From positions 461,824 through 525,823 of the forward strand of contig JAAOMT010000479.1 of the NCBI GenBank assembly GCA_016748015.1: a DNA stretch of 64,000 bases, in the 5' to 3' direction. The DNA is from Geosiphon pyriformis uo1 (lineage: Eukaryota > Fungi > Glomeromycota). Positions 18,351 to 31,677 of the stretch are shown in pieces (position 1 is the first letter of the stretch; the number at the start of each line of letters is the position of its first letter). Under the pieces are notes generated by a model, which had not been told where the DNA came from, did no database searches, and saw only the letters and a program-made list of their open reading frames with translations. The position numbers and the translations under genes are program-made.

Positions 18351-21027
18351 TTAGGATAAAAATGTGCAGTAAGTTTATTTGATTTTTTGGCAGTATCCAT
18401 GGTGGTTGTATTAACAAGATTATGACTAACTTTGGTTTGACAAACAGATATCTGGTACATGATGGTTTGGATCAAGGGGAGGTGTTTTCACCTTTTTTTT
18501 AGTGTATATTTTATGATCTTTTGTTGTGTGAAGTCAAGAAACAGGAGAGCTTATGTAAATATAAATTGATTTCTCACTTTGTTTCCAAGACAGGTTGTAC
18601 TAAACTTCATGCTAAACTAACTTTTTTTCTCATTGCTGGTGCATTTGTAGATAATACTATTTGAATTGGTTGTAATCTAAGAGCTATTCAATATATCCTA
18701 GATATTGCCAGTGATTTTTTCTGTATTAATAACATCTCCATAAATAATGACAAAACAATAGCTATTCTTATCAATTGCAATGTTAAGTGCTCTTTTTTGT
18801 TGATTAGTGGGTTACCTATTTTTATTGCCAAAAAAGGCAAATCTTATTGCTATCTCAGTATTTATCTGTCTACTAATGGACTTTTAAAGTCTAGCTTGGC
18901 TAAGGCATATTCTAACATTTGGTTTTTTGCCAATCTTGTTTTGAAAAAAACTATCTCAGACAAGCAGTTTTTGTATTTAGTATTAGTTATGTTTTATCTT
19001 ATTATTGGTTATAAGACACAATTTAGCTTTATTTCTATTGGTGTATACAATAAATGGGATGTTTTAATTTATAGAAATTTGAAGTCAAAGGCTTGTCTAC
19101 CTTGTGATTTTTCTGGTAATGTGGTTTATTACCCTTTCTTTTACAATCTAAAAACTTTTGAACAAGTTCAGTCTGAAAGAAAATTGGCATTTTTTGTGGT
19201 TTTTGCAAATTCTGATGGGATTTTAGAACACTTGTTCTCCCACAAGTCTCATGACTTGCAAGTTTTAAGTTGGCATTCATTCCATCCTTTGTGTTTTTCA
19301 GTTCATACAAAAGTCAGTCCTTCTAATAACTTTTTGGCAGGTGTGGTACATGTTTTTTTTGAGTGTAATTTGTCTTTGAGTGGGTCTTTAAATAGCTCTT
19401 TCTATCTTCAGAGTGGTGTGTTCATGTCAACTGCTCTTGGTGAGTCTAAGTTTTTCAAATTCTTCTTTTCTCTTTAGTAATACAATGTTGTTTTTGTAGA
19501 CCAGCTTCACGATTGTCATAATGCAGTCTTTAGTTGGAATACTTTTAAGTAATAGAAGAGGCTTGATCTTCATGGTCCTGTTTTTGACTGGTTTAAGTTA
19601 TCTGTTACTTTTCTCAATGATGCAAATCTTTTCTTTAATAGCCCTTTAGTTTTGGGTGGTTTTGAATCTTCAAATGTTCTTATGTCTTGCAAGTTTAAAT
19701 CTATTTTTAGTCAACTATCTCATGTCAGTTTTAATACTCTGTCAGTCTATACAGATGATTCTCTGAAAAACATGAACATGGTTAACAGGAAAACTGGCAC
19801 AACAGTCTTTTTTAAAGACATTAACTCAAGTTTGGGTATTGGTGTTTCTGGTTTAATGTTATCTACTTTGGCTGAATTATAGGCTATAGTACTGGCTTTT
19901 GAGTGTGTTCTCTCTCTTAGTTTGGTTCAGTTGTTTACAGACAGTCAAGCTGCTTTGGATGCATACAAATTGGAATTGGGTTTGATATATTCAGATTTTC
20001 ATAACCAGTATTGGGTGAAATGCCAGCATATTGTGAGCATTATTCATAATAAAAATTTAAGGGTTAGTTGGCATAAGGTTAAGAATTACTCAAGTGTATT
20101 GGAAAATGAATGTGCAGACATACTTGCTGATACTGCTTTTCTTTCTAAATAGTGCCTCTCACTCCAATTGAAGGAACATTATATACTGGCTAGAAGTGAG
20201 GTTGTTTTTGGTAGCTCAAGATACTTTGTTTGTGATATTTTTCAGTTTATGTATCATGCTTATTGGGAAATTGGTTTTGGTTCTAGGTTTCTGGTGGATA
20301 GTTTGCTTTTGGACATTGATTAGTTTAGTTTATCTTTGGTGTGGCATCTGGACTTGCATATGGCTGCTGGTTCTACCAGTAGACTCTCTACTGGTGCTTG
20401 TACTTATTTTATGAAAACTCTGTACTATTGGCTTCCAGTTGCTGTACAGAAGCATTTTTACAACAAATACAATCTTGGTGTAATATGTTTATATTGTGGG
20501 GATGTTGAGATGTCAGATCACATTTTTTCTTGTATGACTGATAAATCTGTTCATAGCCAGTTGTTAGATGCTTATGCAGTTTCTTGAAGGGCAATTTCTG
20601 GTTTTTTTCATTCATTTTCTTGTGTGTTTCAGCTGATGTTATCTTGTGCTTTTAATGTTAATATGTGTATGGCCATTTGTAAGAGTTTTGTCTTTGCAGG
20701 TTGGTTCCAGAAAGGGGTGTCAATTTTTGGTGACTCCAAAGTGGCACATCTAAAAGTTGTTGAATTTGTGTGAACTTTTTGTCTTACTTTTAGGGATGAA
20801 ATTTGGTTAGTTTGGGCTAAGCATCATGTCTTTATGAAAAAAAATGGGCTGATTCCACTAGGCAGTTTGGCCTCTATCTCAATTTTTGGTTTGTCTTTGG
20901 GGTTGTCTGCTGGTGTTGTTAGGTTGTTTGGAATTGCTGAAGCATTTGGTGTTTGTTTTGGGTTTTATAAGTCTTGTTTGTTTTTTCAGGGGTTGAAGAC
21001 CTTGTTTTGGTTTATATAAGTGTGTAG
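18351..21027 (+). pseudogene. LINE-2 ORF2, 3' part (RT core, RNase H, C-terminal CCHC)
   Basis: GLDQGEVFSP, AGAFVDNTI, VYTDDS...STLAEL, FTDSQAAL, WHKVK, CLYCGDVEMSDHIFSC. Confidence 0.9.
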
Positions 21028-21150
21028 TGTTGTTTTAATCAGTTTGAGTGACTGGTTACATATAGAAAAAACATGATTTACACTTAGTTTAGATTACTTA
21101 TGTTAATGTATTGTGCTAGGCAGTGTTTAGACCTCACTTGTAAAACGTAA
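21028..21150 (+). promoter_or_regulatory. Conserved structured LINE 3' UTR (copy in LINE-2)
   Basis: About 120 nt alignable almost without gaps to 22078-22198(-) and 38515-38636(-). Stems and a loop-to-3'-end pairing are preserved in all three. Confidence 0.7.
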
Positions 21151-22198
21151 TAATAAAAAAATAATATAAAATAATATAAAGTAATATACAATAACATAAA
21201 ACAATACAAAATAATTAATAATAATATAAGATAACTAATTATAATATAAAAATAAAGCAATAACAAGAATAGTAAATAATAGTTAATAATAACAAGTAAT
21301 TAAAAACAATTTTATAAAACTAGAAAATATGTGTAAAAATAATTAGTTTTAATAAATAGAAAAAAATTAAAATAAACAAGAATTAAATTTTTTCTAATAT
21401 CTTATTTTTAATTTAAAAACTTTTTTTATTTTATTTTTTTCTATATCTCTTATCAATTAAATAAAATATTATTATTGTATCTACAATTATATAATTTTAA
21501 TAATTTAATTGTTAAAATCTATTTAATTGTTTTTTTTATTTTTATTTTAGACTAAATAAAATTAGCATAAATGTTTTTAAAATTTTAATAATTTGAATCA
21601 ATTGTTTTTAATTATAATAATAATTAATGAGATACTAATTTTTTTTTATTTTTTATTGTAAAACAATAATATTAAAAATCAACTGTCTTAAAATTAGACT
21701 TTATAATAGTCTGGTAAAAAAAAGCTTTTTCTAAGTATTAAATATTAATTTTATCTTATTAACTTACTAAAAAAGTAAAAAAAACAATATTAAATTCTAG
21801 TAATTATAATTAAGACAAAAAAACACAACTATTATAATACAATTACTAAAACAATATTTCTGTGTTTTATAACAAAAAAACTTTCAGAAATTAATAAACT
21901 AATTTATTACAAAAATCTATCTATTAGAAAACTATTTTGTTTCTATTATTTAATCATAAATACCAAATATTATGATTATATTTTACTAAGTTTATTTGTA
22001 ATAATATTAAAGTAAAAAAAGCTAAAAATAAATTTATTTCATTAATTTTTTCAATAATATTATTTAAATTTTTTTTTATTGCTTTACGAATGAGGTCTAA
22101 ACACTACCTAGTACTATACATCAAAGAAATGATCTAAACTAGGTGTGAATCATGCACTTTTTACACGTGACCAGCCACTTGAACTGATCAAAACAACA

Positions 22199-25100
22199 CT
22201 ACACAGCTATATAAACTAAAACTGAGTTACCTACACTTAAGAAAAACAAACAAGATTTGTGAAAGCCAAAACAAATACTAAAAGCATCAGCAATGCCAAG
22301 CAATTTGACCATCCTAGTCAACAACTCAGAGGCCAAACCAAAAACTGAGACAAGAACTGAACCATCAAGAAAAATCAACCCATTTTTTTTCATATAAACA
22401 CAATGTTTAACATGAACTGACCAGACACTACTCCTAAAATCAAGACTAAAAGAGTACACAAATTTGACAATTTCCAAACCAGCAACCTTGGAATCATAAA
22501 AGATGGTGACCATCTCATGAAACCAATCATTAAAAATGAAACTCTTATAAAAAACCATGGCCAAAAAGGAGTCAGAAACACATGAAGACAACATTTGTAA
22601 TATGCCCGAAGAAGAATGAGAGAAACCAGAGATCACCTTTCAGGAGTCCACATAGGATTCCAACAACTGACATCGGACAGATTCATTAATCTTGTAAGAG
22701 AACACATGATCTGATGCCTCCACATTGTCACAATATAAGCACAACACACTCAAATATAGTCTATTATAAAGGCACTTTAAAACAGCAACTAGCAGCCAGT
22801 AGTGCAAAGTCTTCATGAAATAAGAGTGAGCATTAGCTGAAGGTCTGCTGGTAAAACCAGTGGCCATGTGCAAGTCAAGGTGCCAAACCAAAGATAAATG
22901 GAGCCAGTCAACCTCAAAAAGCAAGCTGCCTGCCAAAAACTTGAAACCAGAACCAACCTCCCAGCATATACAACAAACTGAACAATAAATATCACGTACA
23001 AAATGTCTGGAATTGCCAGAAACCACACTACTATTAGCCACTAGGAAGTGTTCACCCAAGTGATAAGAAAGATACCAACCAGAGAGAGAAATATCATCAG
23101 CAATTGTGTCAGCATGCTCATTTCTTGAAATGCCAGAGTGGCCCTTAACCTTATGCCAGCTGACCTTTAAATTTTTACAGTGAATAACATTGACAATATG
23201 ATAATGTTCAACCCAATACTGATTATAAAAGTTGGAACATGCCAGACTTAATTCAGACTTGTAGGCATCCAGAGCAGATTGACTATCAGAAAACAGTTTA
23301 ACAGAGCTCAGTGGGGGAACACACTCCAGAGCCAGTGCAATAGCCTGCAACTCCGCCAAAGTAGATGACATCAAATCCAACACACCGATGCCCAAACCCA
23401 AATTAATGTCCTCAAAAAATGCAGCAGCGCCAGTTCTACAACCAACTGTACCCAGATTACTAAAAGACCCATCCATATACACTGACAAACTGTCGACACC
23501 AACTTGCAAGAAATAATCACAGACAGAAACAAAATTACTAGATTCAAGAATATTCAAAGAACCAACCCCATCCAAAACTGAGAAATGAGTGAAAAGAAAA
23601 TCTCCACCATCAAGAAATGCAACAGAAAACTTGAACCACTCAGAAACAGGGCCATGAGGGTCTAATTTTTTCTAATGCTTGAAGGTGTGCCAATCAAAGA
23701 CAGAACCATGACAATCGTAAAGTTGATCCACAAAGACAACACCATATCATTGGAGAGAAGGAAAAAACCTGAGAAACTGTGACTCACCCAGAACAGCAGA
23801 CATAAAGACCCCACCACAAAACTAAAAAGAATTGGCCAAAGAGCCATCCCGGAACAAATCGCAGTCAAGAAGAATGCAAACCATGCCTGCCAGAAAGTTA
23901 TTAGAAGAACTGACACAAATACGCACAGGAAAACTCAATAAATAAACAGAACACCAGCACAGAACCTGCAAGTCATGGAACCTGTAAGAGAACAAACATC
24001 CCAGAATACCACCCGAGTTTGCAAAATTAACAAGAGAGACTATCTTGCTCTTAGACTGAACTTGAAAGAAAGATTTCAAACCATAAAAAAAAGAGTGATG
24101 AACTGTATCACTAGAAAAATTAAGAGGTAGGCCAGATTTAAATTTCAATCCTCTATGAATCAAGGTATCCTATTTGTTGCATGTACCAATAGGAACAAAA
24201 CTGAACTGAGTCCTATAACTAACTATAAGATAAAGAACTACTGACACTAAATATAAGAACTGTTTATTCAAGACAGCTTTTTTCAGGACCAGATTGATAA
24301 AAAAATGAACATCTGAATTCGCCTTTACCAAACTAGGCTTTGAGAAATTTTTAGTCAAGAAAAAAATACCCAAATATCAATGAAATTCACCCTTTTTAGC
24401 AATGGAGATTGGCAAGCCACTAATAGAAAGAGAAGGAGTGCTGACTCTGTAATTGATAGGAATGGCCACAGTTTTGTCGTTATTGATAGAAATATTATTC
24501 ATCCGAAAAAATTCACTTGTAACATCTAGAATGTATTGAATAGCTGTCTAACTACTACCAACCCAAATTGTATTATCAACGAAAACACCAGCAGTAAAAA
24601 AGGAAGAGAGCCCAGCCTAGGACTTAGCATGACTATTCCTTGAAATAAAATAAGAACTTAATCTATAACCACACATGCTTTCCAGACTTCACATAGTAGA
24701 AGATCATAAAATATACACCACAGAAGAGAAAAAAAAACCTCCCCTTGGTCCAAACCATCATGCACACAATAACCATTTGTCAGTCCAAAGTCCGTCATCA
24801 CCCTGTTGATATAATTTTTATGAATACTACCAAAAAACTGAATAAACTTGCCACACATCTTGATCCTGACCAAACTTTTCTCGAGATGTTCCTAGCTGAC
24901 TGAATTGTATGCTTTTCACATATCCTGCAAAACCAACCAGAGTTCTTGATTCTTTTCCAATGCATCCTCAATCATTGATTCAACTGCAAAAATAGGAGAC
25001 TGAGTTGTTGTACTTTTTAAAACTAAAAAATTGTCCTTACAAAGAATGTTGAAAGAGCTGCATGCCAAAGAAATCCTATTAGAAAGAATCTTGGAAAGAA

Positions 25101-26880
25101 TTTTACAAGCTGTCTTGATTAAAGCAATAGGACAGGTATTCATGAGAACACCTTCCCATTTATATGGTTTAGGAATTATTGAGACCCAAGCTTTCAACCA
25201 AGATCCAGGCACTAATTTGGAAGACAAACAAAAGTTTAAAAGCACTAAAAGCATATTCAGAATTGATCTGTTATAATGTTTTCAAAGCTCGTTTGTAATA
25301 CCTGAGAAATCAGCAGCTTTGTCATCAGACAGATTGGAAATCACATTAAGCAGCTTATTAAGCTCAACCAAATGCATTACACCAGAAAAAACCTTATCAA
25401 AAATGTAATCCAATGGCTGATATTAATGAGACCAAACATCAGTGACATCAGCAATCACATTATGCTTCCTGGTCCAACCTTCTATAATAACATCTACCTT
25501 AGATTTAACTGAATTGGGCTCCAAAATAAGCTTATCCTCTACAACCAGATGGTCTAGAACCACTTTGTAGAAAGAATGCTCCAAAACACTCCTGATAGTA
25601 TAATCTTTATTCATCTCGAAGCTTTCCATCCTCTTATTTATAGCAGTCCTAATGTTTGTTTCTTTAGTTGCCAAAGACTCAGCAAGCTTGGATGCATGAT
25701 AAAACTTTCTCATGCCAAAAAGAGCAGAATAAACATAACTAGAGATTGCACCAAAGTTAATAAGATCCTGAACAACTGAGGCTTTGACACTGTTCAAAGA
25801 GTTCCAGCACTTCATAAGAAAGATGAAACTACCAATATTGCCCTTACAAGAGGTCTTGACAATCTTCAAAACCAAAAGCTCCAATCTATAAAACTTTGAA
25901 GAGACTTTGGTAAAAACACTATCAAAATTCTTGAACCATTTTTTTTTAAATATCTTATTTGCAAAAAGAACCACTATTTTGCATAAAACATCTTACATGG
26001 CATCCAGATCTGAGAACTTGACAGTGGCAGCGAATTTGTCAGAGAACATCTCAGCATTAGCCAATGTGGCATTTCTAAAATTTTCTTATCTACTGTTATT
26101 AGCACCCTTGAAATCAAACTTCCAGTGATCCTTATTAGCCTGCTTATAAAGAAAGTTTAACCACATATCCAAAAGTCCACCCAAACTCATTGACACAAAA
26201 ACAGCTTGATGATTAGTATCAAAAAATTTACCAACATCACACACTACGCAATCCACCATGGCATTGACTAAGTTTGTGGAAACAAATAAGAAATCAATAG
26301 TCTTAGTCATGCCCTGAGAGTTAGCCCATGTGAGCATTTTAACAAAAGAACTTTTACCCAAGAAATTAATCAAACCAAAATCTAAACACTTTTTGAAACT
26401 AGCACACCTTTGAGAGCTGTCCTCATTGAAGTCACCACCCAAAACCACAAATGAAGATTCATTAACTGCTTTTGCTATCACAGAATTAACTTTATTAGCC
26501 TAAAAGAAGTAAACAGCCAGAAATGCTTCAGCATAGAGCCCTAAAATTGACACAGAAAGTTTATGTTTGAACAACAGCTTGATTAAAAAGAGCTGACCAG
26601 GCACCTCAAAAACTTTACAAACATGACAAGCTAGAGAATTGTTTATAATGATTGTAATGCCAGCACCAAAAAACTCCTTATTCAACCCAGATGAAAAAAC
26701 TTTAATCCTATTGAACTTATCCTTAATCCAAAACCTACAACTAGATCTCAGCTTTGTCTCAGTAATTATCGAAACCAAATTTCCAGAATCTTTATGCCAA
26801 TGGATAATGTTCTCTTGCTTGGTGGGGACATTGATACCACGAACATTACACGTTATAAATTTTCAAACAAAATCACTCAT
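22199..26880 (-). pseudogene. LINE-3 ORF2 (APE, RT, RNase H, CCHC)
   Basis: LGGDFNED, IPKPYKW..PIALI, LQDM, GLDQGE, GVFVDNT; RNase H VYMDGS..STLAELQAI..FSDSQ..KVKGHSG..NEHAD; CLYCDNVEASDH. Confidence 0.93.
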
Positions 26881-28825
26881 TGGAGAGAAAGAGAAATAGA
26901 CAATTCCAAACCAGAGCACAAACAATCCAATCTTTTCAAGACAGATTCAACTAACACCTCTAAAGCCACCATTTTGGATTCTAATTTGCCCACCTTGGTG
27001 GTCAAAACTTTAGAACTACTTAAACTGAGGTCAACAACCAAGTCTGTAACAACAACCAAAAGAAAGGAAAGAAGAGATGCCAGTGTATTATCTAAAGCCA
27101 TTTCTGAGTCCAAATTAGACACTACAGGCACAAAAACAACCAGAGGAGGGACATGAGAATCAGATGCCAAAGGCACCAATTCCACAAAGCTCAATTTTTT
27201 CATAATAGCCAAAATCTGGTTTATCAAAAGCTTTAAAGAACATTTCAGAGAAACCAATCAATTAACCAAGCAGAAATCACCAAGGGAGTCAGAAACCAGC
27301 AAGCCAGGTTTAGCACCTAAAGATGAACCAGTACCAAAAAAACCTGACAAAACCACATGAAAAGAAAAACTGCTAGCAGCTTATGTCCAAGTTTTTCTGC
27401 CAAAAAAAACTGGACGAATGATTGGCACCTGTTTCTTCTTATATATATTGGCCAAATAGACCTGATTCTGAAGAGTTACCACCTGCTTACCATAAGCACC
27501 AGAATTCCTACCCAATGAACACACTGTAGAGATATGACCCAATTGTTTACATTTGGCACAACAAGCCAGAGAAAAACCAGCCCAGCACAAATTTACACTC
27601 TTATAAACTGGAATAGAACCAATAGCAGCCAATTTGGATGCCTCATTCTTAAAACAGACCACTGTACATCTGTTACATACATAAGAACTAGGATTGCGAC
27701 CAATAAAACAGGTCCTTCCACCATATGATTCAAGTAAACTAGACAAATCATGAGCAGTGGTACCAACTGGTAAAGTATAGAGCAAAGCCCTATGCTGATC
27801 CCTAAATATCCAAGATTGTTTATTCTCAATTGTCAAGACAACTTACACAGAGTTCTTTTCTATGAAAACCAACTACTTAAAACCAACTAAACTAGCTACT
27901 TTAGATGATTTATATTTGACCAAAGCTTTTTGCCACAGACCAATCAATTGCATTTTGATTGACACAATCTTTCCAAACTTAGAAAACACAGATTCCACAG
28001 CCAATTTGGAAAGATTGACTGGGATCTTCTTGATAATCACTTCCTGATCCAAACAACTGTTTACTTTCCTTATCTCATTATTAACCAGAATTTTTTTACT
28101 AACAGCTGATTCTTTTGCCTTTTTTAAACTAGATTCTGAAATAAAAGATGATCTGATAATTCCAAAAAATTTTGAGGGAGTAGAAGCTCTCCCAAAACCA
28201 TCCACATAATAAAAAATTTTTTCACACAAATCAACTTATTACTAAATGTCTTACCAGACACAGCTAAAAGTTCAATGTCAAGTATGAAAAATTTCAACAA
28301 ATTGAAACTCTGTTTCTCTGGAGCACATGATTTGAGCAGTGGCAACTTATTGGACCCCAAAACCACATGAGGAGGAAGTACTTGTTCACTATTGTTATTA
28401 CTCATACAGTTGAATAAAGGCTGCTTTGGCAGGTTTCTCAACATATATGTATGGATGCGAGTTTTTCTCAGTGTAGTCTCATCTATATTATTATTCTCAC
28501 CTGATTCTGCATAGCTGGTTTCTTCGGCTACCATGTTTGTCATATTCTTGACATCTGAGAGTTTGCTTACACTGCCAGTGACACTGCCAACTTTGCTGTT
28601 CCAAGACACCACAGGTTCAATGCCAACACTACCAATATTTCCCAAGCTCAGAGAGCCTGCAGACGAGTCAATCATGTTGTCAATTATGGTTTTCTTTGTT
28701 TTCTTATATGATGCACCACAGAAGTAAATGGTATCTAAGCAATTCTTTTTAGCATTCAGGTAAGTCTCCAAACCAGCCAAAACCGAGCCAGAACCACCAG
28801 CAGACAAGCCTACTGGTTCTATCAT
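26877..28825 (-). pseudogene. LINE-3 ORF1
   Basis: ORFs 28124..28825, 27873..28229, 27381..27836 (CAKCKQLGHISTVC) and 26877..27257. Confidence 0.88.
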
Positions 28826-28969
28826 GACAAAAGGGGTTGTGTTAAAAGAAATGACTTGAATGTACTAAGGGAAAAGGAATAAAGTAAAGCAATTTCTTCT
28901 ATAAATTCTTTCACTCTTGTAGTGGCCAGAGGATCAATGAGAAAAAGATAGTAGATTATTTAAATTTCT

Positions 28970-31600
28970 AAAATTAAAAATAAATTTACTAAAAAACAAA
29001 TTAATTAACTTAATACTATTTTTAATATTAGAACTTAATTTATATTACAAAGTTATAATATATTTAATAGTGTTTTTATTTAAAAAAAAAGATTTAACAG
29101 TTAATATCTTATTATAATTTATTTTATTAAAATCAATTTTAAATTTAAAACAAACAATATTTTTAAAAACACTAAACAAAAAATTAGCAAAATTATTAGC
29201 AGCATTTTGTATAAAAAACAGATTTTTCTCTATTTAAAAAACTTTGTTAACATTATTGTTTAGAAAACTGATAACTAAAATAATCAAAAAACCAATAAAC
29301 TTAATAATAAATTTTATTAAAACAGTTAAGCTTAATATTTAAGTTTTCTAAGAATTCAATTTAGACTAACAACAAGATTAACAGCAAAAACAACCAGAAA
29401 AGTAGCAAAAAAAAAAGCAAAAAAAGCAAAAGTCTTGACATAAAACTTTCTATTAACAAAAAAAAGACATGAAAGACTTAAAACCAACAACAAACTTAAA
29501 AAACAACTTAGAAAAAAAAGATAAAAACACTTTGTATTTAGCAAACAAATAATTCAAACTTTAATATTTGTAATAATAATAACTTTAAAAGTTTTTTACC
29601 AAATATAATATTTGTATAAAATATTAGTTTTAGTTATAATAAGCTTTGGTATTATATAAGACTCAAAAATAATAACAGCAAAATATTAATAATAATAAGA
29701 GTTAGAAAAGTAGAAAATAAAACAATATGATTATTAATCTAAAAAATTATATTACTAATTTTAAAAGCAATACAACCAAAAAAAAAAGTTGACTAAATCG
29801 GTTTTCAAAAAATTTTTTAAGATAATAATCTCTTTTTAATTGAAAAAAATCCAAATACTGTCTTTTTAATTAATACAAACCAGTTATTAAAAGTAATAAC
29901 AGCAAAAAAAAAGTTTTTAAAAATCATAATAGCATATTGTTACAAATTAGTAAGCTTTAATTTCACAAAAATAATAACACCAAAAATACCAAATATATTT
30001 TTAATATTATCAAAAAATGTGCCAAAAAAGACATTATAAAATACAACAAAAGTAAAAAAAAAAAACTAAAAGCCAATACAGAAAATTTTAAAATTTTAAA
30101 TATAATCAAAAAAAAAGACCATTAATAAAATCTTAATAATAGCAACAAAAAAATCTTTAGAAACAAAGTCTATACAAAACAATTTAATATTGTTTTTGAA
30201 AACTAATTTAATTTTAAATATAATATTAAGCATTAAAGTAAAAGTTATCTATTTAAAAAATTTTTGACAATTAAAAATTGTTTTTTAAGTATTATTAAAG
30301 GCAGTATCAGAAAACAGAAAAGAAAAAATTAATTTAATTTCTATTTAATTAATTTAATTCTTAAGATCAAATAACTTAATAGATTATTTTGCTTTTAAAA
30401 CTGATAATAATCTACCAAAAGATATTATATTTATAGTTTATAAAATTAATAACTTGGTTTTTTAAATTAATAATTAAATTTGTTTTATTTTTGGTTTATT
30501 AATATTAATTATTATTAATAAATTGTTATTATTATCTTTAAATCTAAAAAGTTTTTAATAAAACAATTATTAAAATTAATACTTTATATAAAAGTTTTAT
30601 TTTTTTTTTGAATATTAATATTGTTAGAAATATTAAAGTTTGAATTATTTAATATTTGTTTGTAAAAATGTTTTTATTGCTTTTTTTAAACAAAATTTTA
30701 AGTTTTTGTTGTGTTTAAGATTTTTGTTAATTGGTTTACTGAATTTATGTTTTATATTAAAACTGTTGCTTTTTTATTAATATTTTATTTTAATATTTTT
30801 GGTTGTTTGTTAATAAAATATATAAATCTAAATTAATTTTTAAAATTTAAGCTGTAAAATTTGTTATTTTAAATATATAATTACAAAAATTAATTTTTTA
30901 ATTGATTGTTTTTTTTTGGCTGTTAAATTTAATTTTATAAAGATTATATTGTTTTTTTAAAAATTTAAATTAATATTATTAACTTATTTATTATTGTATT
31001 TAAAGATTTTAACAAATTCAAAAATAAAAAAAGACTTATTAATTATAAAAATATATAGTATTATAATAATAATAAATTAAGTTTAATAAAAATATAATAA
31101 ATAAAAAATTGTACAAATTTGTTAAAAATAAACAGATTTTTGTCAAGTACTTTAAACATTTAATGTTTTTGGTTTAAAAAATAGATAAATATTTATTGGC
31201 TTAAGTTTAAATAATTAATTATGTATTATAAAAAATATAAAATTTAATTTTAAAAAATAGAAACATTAGATTTTTGGTAAAAATTTACTTATTTAAAATA
31301 TTAAATATTTGATTTAAATTATTAAAGTAAATATTTTTTTTATTTAATATGCAAGCTTAATTATTATTTGTAAATATTTGGTTTTAATTTTTAATGTTTT
31401 AATAATATTGTTTTAGTTTTTTGCATATTTTTTTATTAATTTTATTTAATAATAATAATAACATATTAAATTTATTAAAATAACATAATATATATATTAA
31501 AGAATAATTCATAATGTAAATAAATTAAAAAAATAATTATAATCGATTAGTCTAAATTAAAACAGTATTGTAATTCAAAAAAAGTATATTAAACATTACA
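28970..31600. other. Extremely AT-rich tract, probably terminally mutated TE remnants
   Basis: Almost no G/C; an A-rich half switches to a T-rich half near 30450, like the LINE strand bias seen elsewhere in the window. No motif is confidently readable. Confidence 0.4.
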
Positions 31601-31677
31601 ATAATAAATTAATAAATGATCCAAAAACACTTGATGACAGAGAAGGAACGCGATCAAATTTCCAAGTTTTCCACTTC

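Larger units (their letters stand above)
4464..21160 (+). mobile_element. LINE-2: full-length APE-RT-RNase H LINE interrupted by Gypsy-1
   Basis: 5' end CTTTTTTTTTT at 4464; ORF1 ~4582-6465; ORF2 6462-8473 plus 18351-21027; conserved 3' UTR; A-rich tail ~21149-21160. Probable TSD ATAATATAAAATAATAYAAA at 4440-4459 and 21161-21180. Confidence 0.92.
22069..28947 (-). mobile_element. LINE-3: full-length (~6.9 kb) APE-RT-RNase H LINE
   Basis: Poly(A) at ~22069-22077, 3' UTR, ORF2, ORF1, and 5' CTTTTTCTCATT. 13-bp TSD ATTATTTAAATTT at 22059-22071 and 28955-28967. Confidence 0.95.

Noticed and set aside
21028-21150. Hammerhead or HDV ribozyme in the LINE 3' UTR
   Set aside because: No CUGAnGA/GAAA core or HDV nested double-pseudoknot pattern could be matched.
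21084-21266. Hydrophobic small ORFs in AT-rich tracts (also 29356..29544 and 62979..63197)
   Set aside because: Low-complexity translations of repeats or mutated TE DNA.
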